DNA from: Spirochaetia bacterium
GTDB lineage: Bacteria > Spirochaetota > Spirochaetia > CAKZLE01
DNA: 64,000 nucleotides
Assembly: GCA_963677595.1 (NCBI GenBank)
Contig: OY782041.1
Span: 2,336,001-2,400,000 of the forward strand
Direction of reading: 5' to 3'
The position numbers were made by a program, and so were the translations under genes. Under the pieces are notes generated by a model that was given only the letters and a program-made list of their open reading frames with translations, made no database searches and was not told where the DNA came from. Of this stretch, positions 48,765-58,903 are shown one piece after another (positions within the stretch are counted from its first letter, which is position 1; each line of letters opens with the position of its first letter).

Positions 48765-50821
48765 TAGGAGCAGCAACCCAAAGAGTGGGTAATATCGTTG
48801 AACTCCTGGGGCAGCCCTGGGAGTACAAAGAAGAGACCGTAATACCTCCAGAGATGCAATTATCTCAAGCAATCCAGGATGCAGGACTTCATGCACCCGG
48901 CGGGATCACTTTCAATGGTGAAATCCACCGGTTTTCAGCGGACGGGTCTCGATCAGATCTTTCCGGCTGGTATGTTGCCTTCTCTGACGGAATCCCTGCA
49001 GGAGCGTTCGGGACCTGGAAGGACGAGAAGAAACACCAGTGGCGGGCTGATATAGGCCGGGAACTCACTGCAGTGGAATCGATGAAGGTTGCAGAACGGT
49101 TGAGAATAGCAGCGGAGATCAGGGACAAACAACGGGAACAAAAGCATCAGGAAACTGCAGAAAGCTGCCAGCACCTCTGGGAAGCAGGAGAGCCAGCACC
49201 GGATGATCACCCATATCTGATAAGGAAACAGGTGAAATCACATGGGATCAAGCTCTCCAAGGATGGACGGCTCATGCTGCCTCTATTCACAGCAGACGGT
49301 GAGCTCTCGACCCTGCAGTACATCGCAGAGTCGGGAAAGAAGCTGTTTCACTCAGGAGGGAAGGCTGGAGGCTGTTTCTGGTGGCTGGGAAATCTTGAGA
49401 ATGGGAAACGGGTTTATATCGCAGAAGGCTATGCAACAGCTGCCAGTATCCACGAGGTTACCGGTGAGCCGGTTGTTATCGCCTACAATGCGAAGAACCT
49501 GATCCCGGTGACCTCTTTGATCAGGACCAAGCTCCCGACACGAGAGCTCATTATTGTTGCCGACAACGATGAATCTGGGACCGGGAAGAAATGTGCTGAA
49601 GAGGCTGCAGAGAAGTCAGGAGCTGAAGTGATCATGCCGCCGGAGACTGGGGATGCGAATGACTTTCTGCTTTCTGGGGGAGATCTCAAAGAGCTGCTAC
49701 AGCCTAAAGTCCCATCCTGGTTGGTGTATGCGGATGAATTCTCTCAGCATCCATCCCCACTGAAATGGCTGGTACGAAGGTGGCTGCAGGAAGATGCCAT
49801 GATCATGATTCATGGGCCTTCGGGATCGGGCAAGACCTTTGTGGTCCTCGACTGGTGTCTCCATATCGCTTCAGAGAAAACTCATTGGCTCGGGCAGAAA
49901 GTGCAGAGCGGCCATGTGGTGTATCTGGCTGGAGAAGGCCATTACGGACTTCGTAGCCGTATCGCTGCCTGGAAGCAGTATCATCGGATCGAGCACCTTG
50001 ATATGACGCTCTCAGTGGGGGCGGTGGATCTCAATACTGTAGAAGGCTTGAGCAAGACGGTAAGCAATATACATTCCCTGGAGATCCAGCCGAAGCTGAT
50101 CGTGGTAGATACCCTCCATCGGTTTTTTGCAGGGGATGAGAACAGTGCCCAGGATGCGAAATCGATGCTGGATGCCTGTGCCCATCTGATGGGGGAATTC
50201 TCCTGCTCAGTAGCACTGGTCCACCATACCGGGGTGAACTCGGAAGCACAGCACCGAGCCCGAGGATCTTCAGCCTGGAGAGCTGCCATGGATGTCGATA
50301 TCTCTATAGAGCCGGGAGGAGCGAACACTCCGATCACCATCTCCCAGAAGAAGGTGAAGGATGCAGAAATGACTGAAGAGATCCATGTGGAACTGGAAGA
50401 GGTGCAGCTCCCCTGGTTGGATGAGGATGGTATGCAGGTATCGAGTGCTGTGGTTACCGAAGGAATACCCCGAGCCCAGCAGCAGAGGGACAGCAAGCAG
50501 CAGGAGCGGGTCAACGATATGATCCAGGCCTGGTTGAATTCAGGTGCAGAGGATATTGATGGCTTGCCCTATATCACCAAGTCGGCTTGGAAGGATTATA
50601 TCAAGGGGATAAATCCAGAGATCAAGGAAGGGAACCTGAGCCAGAAATTCAAGGCTTCCGATCCAAGGTCGATGGTCAGTCGGTTGATGGGCGAAGGATT
50701 AATCCAGGAATACCAGGCCGGCTACCTGATTATCGAGGGAGAAACCTCTTCGATCATGATGCTGACAAGGCTCGGTAGTAGCGGTAGTTCTACGGTAACA
50801 CTACCAAAGACTACCCGGTAG
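48761..50821 (+). CDS. Primase-helicase (Toprim plus AAA_25)
   Basis: HPYL, AEGYATA, ADND, GDAND; GPSGSGKT, VVDT, HH, RGSSA. Confidence 0.9.
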   Translation: MIGAATQRVGNIVELLGQPWEYKEETVIPPEMQLSQAIQDAGLHAPGGITFNGEIHRFSADGSRSDLSGWYVAFSDGIPAGAFGTWKDEKKHQWRADIGRELTAVESMKVAERLRIAAEIRDKQREQKHQETAESCQHLWEAGEPAPDDHPYLIRKQVKSHGIKLSKDGRLMLPLFTADGELSTLQYIAESGKKLFHSGGKAGGCFWWLGNLENGKRVYIAEGYATAASIHEVTGEPVVIAYNAKNLIPVTSLIRTKLPTRELIIVADNDESGTGKKCAEEAAEKSGAEVIMPPETGDANDFLLSGGDLKELLQPKVPSWLVYADEFSQHPSPLKWLVRRWLQEDAMIMIHGPSGSGKTFVVLDWCLHIASEKTHWLGQKVQSGHVVYLAGEGHYGLRSRIAAWKQYHRIEHLDMTLSVGAVDLNTVEGLSKTVSNIHSLEIQPKLIVVDTLHRFFAGDENSAQDAKSMLDACAHLMGEFSCSVALVHHTGVNSEAQHRARGSSAWRAAMDVDISIEPGGANTPITISQKKVKDAEMTEEIHVELEEVQLPWLDEDGMQVSSAVVTEGIPRAQQQRDSKQQERVNDMIQAWLNSGAEDIDGLPYITKSAWKDYIKGINPEIKEGNLSQKFKASDPRSMVSRLMGEGLIQEYQAGYLIIEGETSSIMMLTRLGSSGSSTVTLPKTTR

Positions 50822-50933
50822 TAGTCGGTAGTATACCGGTAGTAACGGAAACTACTACCAGGGGGGCAAAGGTGGTCAGTATCGGTAGTAACGGTAGTAG
50901 TACCCTTTAGGGTACTACCGTACTACCACTACC
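50773..50933. repeat. GGTAGTA/TACTACC repeat cluster, candidate phage origin
   Basis: More than ten GGTAG/CTACC copies in both orientations; palindrome gtagtaccct-tt-agggtactac at 50897-50918. Confidence 0.7.
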
Positions 50934-50974
50934 AGCGGGACCGGATTTACTGAGGATTTGAAGGAAGAAAGAGA

Positions 50975-51334
50975 ATGAAGAGAAATACAGAGGCAAAGAT
51001 CCAGGCCGAGATCGTGGAGTACTTATCGGGGCAGGGGATCTTCTGTCACTCGGTTCCTAATGAGGGAGCCGGGACTGATAAGCTGCGGACGATGCGGATG
51101 ATCACGATGGGGTTAAGGCCTGGGACTGCCGACCTAGTGGTGTGGTTCCCTCATAGGGTTATCGGCTACCTGGAGGTGAAGACTGAGACCGGGCAGCTCT
51201 CCGATAACCAGCGACGGTTCAAGAAACGGTGTGAGGAGAACGGGGTGTTCTATGCTGTGGTGAGGAGTGTGGAGGATGTGCGGCAGATCCTCATGGATCA
51301 GAGAAGTATTGAAGATGGAGGAGAAGAGGCTTAA
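50975..51334 (+). CDS. VRR-NUC domain nuclease
   Basis: EAKIQ, SVPNE, GTADL, LEVK, Q motifs. Confidence 0.88.
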   Translation: MKRNTEAKIQAEIVEYLSGQGIFCHSVPNEGAGTDKLRTMRMITMGLRPGTADLVVWFPHRVIGYLEVKTETGQLSDNQRRFKKRCEENGVFYAVVRSVEDVRQILMDQRSIEDGGEEA

Positions 51335-51537
51335 TGGCGAATCATAGAAAGATCATAGCGATCACGACCTACTCGATAAAGATATTCGATTCAGTGGCTG
51401 AGGTGTGCAGCACCTACGGACTGACCTATGCAAAGCTTAAGAAGCTCATAGAGACCGGGCAGACGCTTGAGGATGGAATGACCACCTTCGATGACCTGCT
51501 GGAGGATGGGGATTATGGGGAGCAGAGATGCGGTTGA
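51334..51537 (+). CDS. Small HTH-like phage protein
   Basis: FDSVAEVC...LTYAKL NUMOD1-like pattern; TAATG coupling. Confidence 0.55.
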   Translation: MANHRKIIAITTYSIKIFDSVAEVCSTYGLTYAKLKKLIETGQTLEDGMTTFDDLLEDGDYGEQRCG

Positions 51538-51676
51538 GAATGAGAGATAGTATAGGGGTGGATGGAGGTTGCTCAATGTTGAGAAGAATGAGGTCTGATG
51601 GGATGTCCGGTGAGTATATGTCCGGTGAGACAGAGGTGATAGGGGTGACCAGAGGTGGCTCTATGTCGAGAGGCGT

Positions 51677-51720
51677 AGGTTCTTCTGGGGATTTGGGGGA
51701 ATATCGGGTGGTCGTGCGCC
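51677..51720 (+). other. Candidate cos site (cosQ/cosN-like)
   Basis: AGGTTCT followed 22 nt later by GGGTGGTCGTGC, just upstream of terS; similar to lambda GGGTCCT...GGGCGGCGACCT spacing. Confidence 0.45.
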
Positions 51721-51797
51721 CGGGCATTTGTATCTGCGGTCCTTCAAAATTTGTAAATCGATTTGGTGGCAGATGGTGTTGATGGGGGTAGGTAGAG

Positions 51798-52358
51798 ATG
51801 AGTAAGAAGATTGAGATCATCCCCAAGGCAGAGTTCGCCCGCCGCCTCGATATTTCCCGGAGTGCCGTCTCCAATGCCATCGCCCGGGGAAATATTTTTG
51901 GAGAGGCGATCACTGAGGAGGGAAAGCTGGTCTTCGAGATTGCCAAGCGGCAGTTTGAGTTCAACCGGACCGAGCGAGGTAGGAAGAAGAAATCTGAGAC
52001 GGTCTCGCAGAAGTTCAAAGGATCTCCTTCCTCGACCGATGAAGAGTTTACCGACTGGGCCCGGAAGAAGGCGATCGCCCAGGCGAAGAAAGCTGAGTAT
52101 GTTGCCCTGCAGGCAGAGCTGGAATATCGGAAAGATTCCGGGGAACTGATCGAGCGGAAGCTGGCGGTGGGGATCTCCTACCAGATAGCAAAGCATCTGA
52201 CCGACTCCCTGAGGAACTTGCCGGATCGTCTGGCCCAGAAGACCCATGCAGCTTATCAGGCTGGCGGCAATGAAGAAGATACGAGAGAGACGATGAGACT
52301 GGAGATCGACACGATACTCCATACTCTTTCAGAAGAGGTGAAGCAATTTGAAATCTGA
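51798..52358 (+). CDS. Terminase small subunit (Nu1-like)
   Basis: N-terminal HTH (EFARRLDISRSAVS), GELIE and LPDRLA motifs; overlaps terL. Confidence 0.85.
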   Translation: MSKKIEIIPKAEFARRLDISRSAVSNAIARGNIFGEAITEEGKLVFEIAKRQFEFNRTERGRKKKSETVSQKFKGSPSSTDEEFTDWARKKAIAQAKKAEYVALQAELEYRKDSGELIERKLAVGISYQIAKHLTDSLRNLPDRLAQKTHAAYQAGGNEEDTRETMRLEIDTILHTLSEEVKQFEI

Positions 52359-54144
52359 AACAACGATGGTCCTGAAATCCTGGGCGAGAGGACTGAAGCC
52401 TCCTGCCGATCTCACGGTCAGTCAGTGGGCTGACCGGTACCGGATACTTCCGAAGGGATCAGCTGAGCCGGGTCCCTACCGGACCGACCGGACTCCCTTC
52501 TGGAAAGAGATCATGGATGTTCTATCTGCAAACTCGAGAGTGAAGATGGTTTACATCATGAAAGCTTCCCAGATGGGGGCAACCGAAGCAGGGGTATGTA
52601 ATCCGATCGGTTATTACATTCACTATGATCCCTCGGAGATCCTGGTAGTCTGGGCCGGGGAGAAGATGGTGGACAAGAACTCCAAAACCCGTATAGACCC
52701 TATGATTACCAGCACCCCGGTCATCCGGGATGCGATCGTAAAAAAGCGAACCCTGGAGGGAGGGAATACTACCAGACTGAAGCTCTTTCCCGGCGGCAGC
52801 TTGAATATCGGGAATGCAGGATCGATCACTGACCTCATCTCCTCACCAAAAAGAATCGCAATCGGGGATGAGATTGATGAGTGGCCGGAAGATCTCAATG
52901 GGCGAGGCGATCCATGGACCTTGCTGCTGAAAAGACTCAGGACCTACCCGAACTCCAAGGCCGTTGCTATCTCCAAGCCCTCGGTCAAAGGCCGTTCAAA
53001 AGTGGAAGCTGGCTACCTTGCCGGTGATATGAGGAAGTTCTTTGTCCCCTGTCCTCATTGTGGTGTGTATCAGATTCTCATGTGGACCCAGATGAAGTGG
53101 CAGAAGAATCCTGAAGGGGGTCGGGAAGTCTGGTATGAGTGTCCTCACTGTAAGAACGAGATCAAGAACTATCACAAGGAGCTCATGCTGAAGAAAGGGG
53201 AGTGGAGACCAACCAATCCCAATACTACATCAAAGAGTATCAGAAGTTATCAGATCAGTTCTCTCTATGCTCCGGTAGGCTGGACCACTTGGGAGTCCCT
53301 AGTGGAGCAGTGGCTTGATGCCCAAGGGAATGTGAACAAGCTGATCTCTTTTATCAACGATGAACTTGCTGAGACCTGGGAAGAGAAATCAGAGCAGCAG
53401 GACTGGGAAGTCCTTCGTGGACGGAAAGAGTCCTGGCGATCAGGAGAGATCCATGAGGATATCGTGATGCTGACCGCCGGTGCTGATGTTCAGGAGAACC
53501 GGATTGAGGTGGAGGTTATTGGTTGGGGGAAGCGTTTCGAACACTGGAGTGTGGAGTATCATGTCTTCACTGCAGATCACACAACCAACTCCCTGAATGA
53601 TCGCTGCTGGGAAGAACTTGCCATGCTCATGACCAAACAGTGGATGCATCCCACCGGTGAAGTTCTCTATCTCTCAGGGATCTGCATCGATGCCGGGTAC
53701 AATACAGAGACAGTGTATCATTTCTGTAGGGGCTATCCTCAGGATCGCGTCCTCGCGATTCAGGGATCTGATCGGCTGAAGGCACCAATCTCAGGAGCGA
53801 AAGCTGTGGATCATATCGGGGGGAAGCATATGCGAAATGCCCTATTTCATTATGAAGTAGGTTCCTCCTTCCTGAAAAGCGAGCTTTTCCACTGGCTCAA
53901 GCAGAAACCACCGGAGAGGGATGATCCCTATCCTTTCGGCTGGTGTCATTTCCCAGAAGACCGGGAAGATGAGTACTTCAAGCAGCTCTGTGCAGAGGTC
54001 CTGCAGAAAACAACGCCAAAAGACAAACGTTCAAAAGTCAAATGGGAATGGGTGAAAATACGAGAAAGAAATGAAGCTTTGGATACCCACATTTATGCCA
54101 GGGCTGCGGCAACAGGAGTTGGCTATGAAAGTATTGGGTATTAG
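52348..54144 (+). CDS. Terminase large subunit, lambda gpA family
   Basis: VSQWAD, KASQMGATE, DEID, CPHC, GADVQ, IDAG, RNEALD. Confidence 0.95.
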   Translation: MKSETTMVLKSWARGLKPPADLTVSQWADRYRILPKGSAEPGPYRTDRTPFWKEIMDVLSANSRVKMVYIMKASQMGATEAGVCNPIGYYIHYDPSEILVVWAGEKMVDKNSKTRIDPMITSTPVIRDAIVKKRTLEGGNTTRLKLFPGGSLNIGNAGSITDLISSPKRIAIGDEIDEWPEDLNGRGDPWTLLLKRLRTYPNSKAVAISKPSVKGRSKVEAGYLAGDMRKFFVPCPHCGVYQILMWTQMKWQKNPEGGREVWYECPHCKNEIKNYHKELMLKKGEWRPTNPNTTSKSIRSYQISSLYAPVGWTTWESLVEQWLDAQGNVNKLISFINDELAETWEEKSEQQDWEVLRGRKESWRSGEIHEDIVMLTAGADVQENRIEVEVIGWGKRFEHWSVEYHVFTADHTTNSLNDRCWEELAMLMTKQWMHPTGEVLYLSGICIDAGYNTETVYHFCRGYPQDRVLAIQGSDRLKAPISGAKAVDHIGGKHMRNALFHYEVGSSFLKSELFHWLKQKPPERDDPYPFGWCHFPEDREDEYFKQLCAEVLQKTTPKDKRSKVKWEWVKIRERNEALDTHIYARAAATGVGYESIGY

Positions 54145-54468
54145 AATATATTTGGCATGGAACAACGAGGAAATACAATACTCGTTTTAACATTTATGGC
54201 TTCCATATACTGTGTCTAAGCGAGGGTAATTCTGAGCAACTATTTGACATAGAAATAATTCTAGTTTAGTCTTATTTAAACAGCATTATGCATAATAATT
54301 TGTCATAAGATTCATTGATCGTTCAACCTGACAAAGATGACTTTTGGTTGTGTCATTTATTCTGCCATAGTTTAATAAAGTAGAAAGGATTATTGTTGAT
54401 TTTTTAGATACCATTCCTTTATGTTTATTGGAGTTGGATGGAAATAATAAAACAAAAGAGGTTGTGAA

Positions 54469-55572
54469 ATGAGTGCTTATCTTGAAGAGCTTCAACATGA
54501 AATCGAGCAAGAAGAGAATATTGAAGATGTATTTGAAGAGGATGTGTCGCCATCGAGATATGATATTACAAGCTATGGAATCGACTTTGATGTTGAAGGG
54601 TTGGTTAGACGAATTGCTAGGGGAGATGTTTATATCCCTGAATTTCAGAGAGAATTTGTATGGAAGATGACAGAATCATCAAGATTTGTTGAATCTTTAT
54701 TGTTAGGGTTACCAGTCCCGGGAATCTTTCTTGCGCAGGACCTCGAGACAGGGAAATTACTTGTAATTGACGGTCAGCAAAGATTATTGTCATTAAAATA
54801 CTTTTTTGATGGATACTTTAATCCAAAAATTGATGCCTCTTCAAAAAAAGTATTTAAGTTACTCAAAGTTCAAGAATCATATGAGAATAAAACTTATGAT
54901 ACATTAGAAGAGAAAGACAGGATAAATCTTGAAAATAGCGTCATTCACGCCACTGTCGTAAAACAAGAATCTCCTCCTGAGGATGATACTAGCATCTACC
55001 ATATTTTTGAGAGACTAAATAGTGGTGGAAGAAAATTAACTGCTCAAGAAATTCGTACGGCCGTTTATCATGGGACTTTCATCAATCTATTGAAGGAATT
55101 AAATGAGTATGATTCTTGGAGACGGATTTTTGGGGTAAAGAATGACCGTATGCGAGATCAGGAGTTAATATTGAGATTTTTCGCTATGTTTGAAGAAGCT
55201 GAGAACTATAAGAAACCGATGAATGAGTTCTTAAATAAATACCTACAGAAAAATCGGAATTTAAATCCTGATAGAATTGAACATTTATCAGAAATCTTTA
55301 AATCGGTTGTTGATTTATTCGCAAATGCTATTCCTTTAAAAACCTTCCGTCTTGTTAGGGCTTTAAATGTAGCTTTATTTGAATCTGCAATGGTTGGCCT
55401 TGCTTTTAGCTTGACTAGTAAAAATACTCCAGATATTGAACAAGTGCAAAAAGCGTATAATGCATTATTGGAAGATGAAAAATTTAAAGACTTAATATCT
55501 CAATCAACATCAGATGCAACAAATGTGGAAACCCGATTGAATATTGCAAAAGCTATTTTTTTAGGGGCTTAA
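54469..55572 (+). CDS. DUF262 (ParB/GmrS-like) protein
   Basis: PEFQREFVW, ESLLLGLP, IDGQQRL, IFERLNSGG. Confidence 0.92.
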   Translation: MSAYLEELQHEIEQEENIEDVFEEDVSPSRYDITSYGIDFDVEGLVRRIARGDVYIPEFQREFVWKMTESSRFVESLLLGLPVPGIFLAQDLETGKLLVIDGQQRLLSLKYFFDGYFNPKIDASSKKVFKLLKVQESYENKTYDTLEEKDRINLENSVIHATVVKQESPPEDDTSIYHIFERLNSGGRKLTAQEIRTAVYHGTFINLLKELNEYDSWRRIFGVKNDRMRDQELILRFFAMFEEAENYKKPMNEFLNKYLQKNRNLNPDRIEHLSEIFKSVVDLFANAIPLKTFRLVRALNVALFESAMVGLAFSLTSKNTPDIEQVQKAYNALLEDEKFKDLISQSTSDATNVETRLNIAKAIFLGA

Positions 55573-55577
55573 TATTT

Positions 55578-56054
55578 GTGAAAAGCTTTGAACTGAACCG
55601 GCAATATTCTATTATAGAAAATCTTATAAATTCTACTTCAGCGTTTTCTGATGGTAATATTGAGTTGCAAGGCCATTGGGGGAAATACTTATGTATTCTA
55701 TCTGCTGGCTTTTTAGAAAATGCAATTAGTGAAGTTTTTAGTAATATAGTATCGGTTTCTGCAGCCCCATTCGTTTCATCGTATGCTCAAAAAAATTTAA
55801 GAAAGATTCAGAACCCTAAATCAACCAAATTCATCGAGGTGGCATATGCTTTTAAGAAGGAGTGGGGAGAAAACCTTACAATCTTTTTAGATAATGATCC
55901 AAGTATTAAGGAAGCAATTGACTCAATAATGGCGAACCGGAATTTAATTGCTCATGGGAAAACATCCTCAATTTCAGTAGCTAGAATAAAAGAATATCTA
56001 AACAAGAGTATCAAGCTGATTGAATTTGTTGAGACTCAATGGTCGAGTACCTAA
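55578..56054 (+). CDS. HEPN-domain protein (RiboL-PSP/MAE_28990-like)
   Basis: GFLE, QNP, RNLIAH (RxxxxH); directly follows DUF262. Confidence 0.85.
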   Translation: MKSFELNRQYSIIENLINSTSAFSDGNIELQGHWGKYLCILSAGFLENAISEVFSNIVSVSAAPFVSSYAQKNLRKIQNPKSTKFIEVAYAFKKEWGENLTIFLDNDPSIKEAIDSIMANRNLIAHGKTSSISVARIKEYLNKSIKLIEFVETQWSST

Positions 56055-56131
56055 GCTATCATCTTATTTATAAGATAAATAAGGTTTTCAACTTTGGGTT
56101 TTTATTTCGAAAAAAATGGAGAGTAGTTGAT

Positions 56132-57568
56132 ATGATTCCGAAAGTTTTTATTTCTTATAGTTGGACTTCCTCGGGGTATCAAGCCCAGATTCGCCAGTGG
56201 GCAGAACAGATGATGGAAGGGGAGCGTGTTGATGTTATATTAGATCAATGGGAACTTAAAGAAGGGGATGATAAATATGCTTTCATGGAGAAAATGGTAA
56301 CAGATGAATCAGTTACCCATGTACTTATATTTTCTGATTCTGAATATACAGCGAAAGCAAATAGTCGAAAGTCAGGGGTTGGTACTGAATCCCAAATTAT
56401 TTCAAATGAGATCTATTCAAAAGTAAAGCAGTCAAAATTTATTCCGATTGTTTGTGAATTTGATGATTCTAGGGAACCTTATCTTCCAGTTTTTTTAAAA
56501 TCAAGAATTTGGATAGATTTCTCAACTCCTGAAGCAGCAAATGAGAATTGGGAGCGATTGATTCGTCTCTTGTATGGGGAGCCAGCTTATGTCAAGCCAC
56601 CCCTTGGGAAGGCTCCATCTTTTCTCTCATCTAATGTTTCCGTACCAGCGAGTCCAATCACTTCAAAGTTCTTTATTTTGAAACAAGCTATTATCCAAAA
56701 GAAAAATACACTTAAATTATATCGACAAGATTTTCTTGATAGCTGTTATTCATATGCAGATGAATTGAGAATCCGTAAGAAGCCAGATGCTACAAACTGG
56801 GGTGAGAGAGTATTAGAAGACTGTGGAAAACTAAAAATTGTTCGTGATCATTTGGTCGATTGGATCATTATAGAATCTGAAGTAAATCCTTCCGAAGAGT
56901 TTGATGAGTCCGTTTTAGGAATGCTAGAGAAATTGCTTGATTTGAAATCAAGACCCTCTGAGGTGAATCAATGGAGTGATAATTGGTTTGAGGCTCAAGG
57001 AGTATTTGTATATGAGACCTTTTTATATATTGTTGCTTCCCTAATGAAAACTGAAGCATACGATACTCTTAATTTAATTCTTACGAGTCATTATTTGCTT
57101 CCTCAAACAGAGATGCGGTGGGATAATCGATTTAAAGACTTCGGCGCTTTCCTTGGGTTTTCAGGATCATTACAAATTCTAGCACCAGAAGGGAAGAAAC
57201 TTTATGCGCCTGCAGCGGAATTAATCAAACGTCAGTCTGATCGGGAAGATCTGCCTTTCTCGTTAATTATTGAAGCTGAATTGCTTGTTTTGCTAATGGC
57301 TTTTATCTCTGAAGATGTAAGTTGGTTTCCACAAACACTTCACTATGAAGGTAGAGCTTCATCCTTTCCTTTTTTTATTAAGGCCACTCAGCATAGGGGT
57401 TTTAAGAAACTAGTAAAAATAACAGGTATTGAGGATGTTAACGAGTTGCGGGAAGCCGTAAAGAAAGGTCATGAAAGAATGCAGGTTGATAAATGGACAA
57501 CATTTTTTATATATGATCGTTCATTTTGGGAGAGCATGAATTTGGATAATATGGATACTCTAAAGTAA
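56132..57568 (+). CDS. SEFIR/TIR-domain protein
   Basis: PKVFISYSW, LDQWEL, FMEKM, GVGTESQII, WIDFS. Confidence 0.88.
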   Translation: MIPKVFISYSWTSSGYQAQIRQWAEQMMEGERVDVILDQWELKEGDDKYAFMEKMVTDESVTHVLIFSDSEYTAKANSRKSGVGTESQIISNEIYSKVKQSKFIPIVCEFDDSREPYLPVFLKSRIWIDFSTPEAANENWERLIRLLYGEPAYVKPPLGKAPSFLSSNVSVPASPITSKFFILKQAIIQKKNTLKLYRQDFLDSCYSYADELRIRKKPDATNWGERVLEDCGKLKIVRDHLVDWIIIESEVNPSEEFDESVLGMLEKLLDLKSRPSEVNQWSDNWFEAQGVFVYETFLYIVASLMKTEAYDTLNLILTSHYLLPQTEMRWDNRFKDFGAFLGFSGSLQILAPEGKKLYAPAAELIKRQSDREDLPFSLIIEAELLVLLMAFISEDVSWFPQTLHYEGRASSFPFFIKATQHRGFKKLVKITGIEDVNELREAVKKGHERMQVDKWTTFFIYDRSFWESMNLDNMDTLK

Positions 57569-57644
57569 TTCTTCAGCTTTGATGAAGGCCTGATCGAGTT
57601 AAGTTTATATCCATAGTTTCGGAAATGTCTGTCAGGAGGATAAG

Positions 57645-58577
57645 TTGACAAACCAAGAACTTCATGATCGAATTTCCCATAAGCCTGCAGTTCACAAATT
57701 GTTTTATGGTGCATACTTTCAAGAATCGTTGATTTTGGATGACAATGTACTTTTAGTTCCTTTAAAGGCATTCGGATTCGATTCTCAGAGTAATTATACA
57801 GCACAATATGTAATACAGATTTTAGGTGGTCATGTCGATAATGATGGTTTGAAAAATCTACAAGAGCAAGGTAAAAATGCTCTGCCGGTTTTTGCCTTAA
57901 TAGCATTTTTAGATTCTGATTCTTCACCAGAGGATCTTGAGAAGCGTGCAAATATAATTCTTGAAGCCCCTGAATTAATATTAAGCTGGTCAAGCGGTGA
58001 TGACTTTTCATTATTTGCAATTTGTACTGTCACCGAAGAAAATACATTTTTCCGTTTAACTCCACCACATTCTCGGCGAAGGAGAAGGCTCGGGTTTGGT
58101 AATACTGGGGAACAATATGCAAATCTTCTAAAAAAACTGATCGAAGCGGAAAAACAAGATGAGCATTTCTCATTTGCCCTATCTATGTTTCACGATGCTG
58201 TAAGGGAAAAGAATCCTCGGTATCAGATTGCGCGCTTCTTTTCCTGCCTTGAATGCCTTGCATACAAATTAAAAAATAAGGAACGAGAGTCAAGGAAAGC
58301 GGTAAAGTATTTGATCGGATTAGGTGATGATACCGACACAGAATATGACATCGAAGGTGTGAAATATCGATTTGATCGGATAGAGATATCGGGGAGATTA
58401 AGAGACAAACTTTATCACGGTGTTGATTTCAAAGAATCTGATCTCAATAATGAAAACAAGCATGTTTTCAAATTGTTAGAGAACTATCCTCAGATGTTAG
58501 CTGATTCATTGCATGAAGATTGCAAATTGGAAATATCTAAATGGGCAAATGGTGTCTCAAGTGGATTGGTAGAGTAG
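57645..58577 (+). CDS. ApeA-like HEPN-domain protein
   Basis: C-terminal FSCLECL and RDKLYH (RxxxxH). Confidence 0.65.
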   Translation: MTNQELHDRISHKPAVHKLFYGAYFQESLILDDNVLLVPLKAFGFDSQSNYTAQYVIQILGGHVDNDGLKNLQEQGKNALPVFALIAFLDSDSSPEDLEKRANIILEAPELILSWSSGDDFSLFAICTVTEENTFFRLTPPHSRRRRRLGFGNTGEQYANLLKKLIEAEKQDEHFSFALSMFHDAVREKNPRYQIARFFSCLECLAYKLKNKERESRKAVKYLIGLGDDTDTEYDIEGVKYRFDRIEISGRLRDKLYHGVDFKESDLNNENKHVFKLLENYPQMLADSLHEDCKLEISKWANGVSSGLVE

Positions 58578-58669
58578 TTTTTCAAGGTATATAAATATCA
58601 TATCCCCAACATTTCAATATTTAAAATCCTGACATTGTGACCCTCTGATGCCCTAACTACAATTGCCGT

Positions 58670-58903
58670 ATGTTAGGGTTAGAAAAAGATCAGATGATCG
58701 GGTTTAGAGATCAGGCAATCTCCGCTTTACAGGCAGTCATGCTCAGTGGTTCCTCGTATGAGATCACTCATGCAGATGGTTCTAGGCAGCGGGTGACCAG
58801 GGCCAATATTTCAGAGATCCAGGAAGTAATTCACTTCTGGCAGCAGGAAATCGATATTCTCGAGGGTAAGGGGAGTCCACTGTATGTCAGACCGGGCTTC
58901 TAA
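58670..58903 (+). CDS. gpW-like head completion protein
   Basis: SYEI...RVTRANISEI; overlaps the portal start. Confidence 0.8.
   Translation: MLGLEKDQMIGFRDQAISALQAVMLSGSSYEITHADGSRQRVTRANISEIQEVIHFWQQEIDILEGKGSPLYVRPGF

Noticed and set aside
51528-51782. 84-aa ORF before terS
   Set aside because: Low-complexity translation overlapping the probable cos region; no family features
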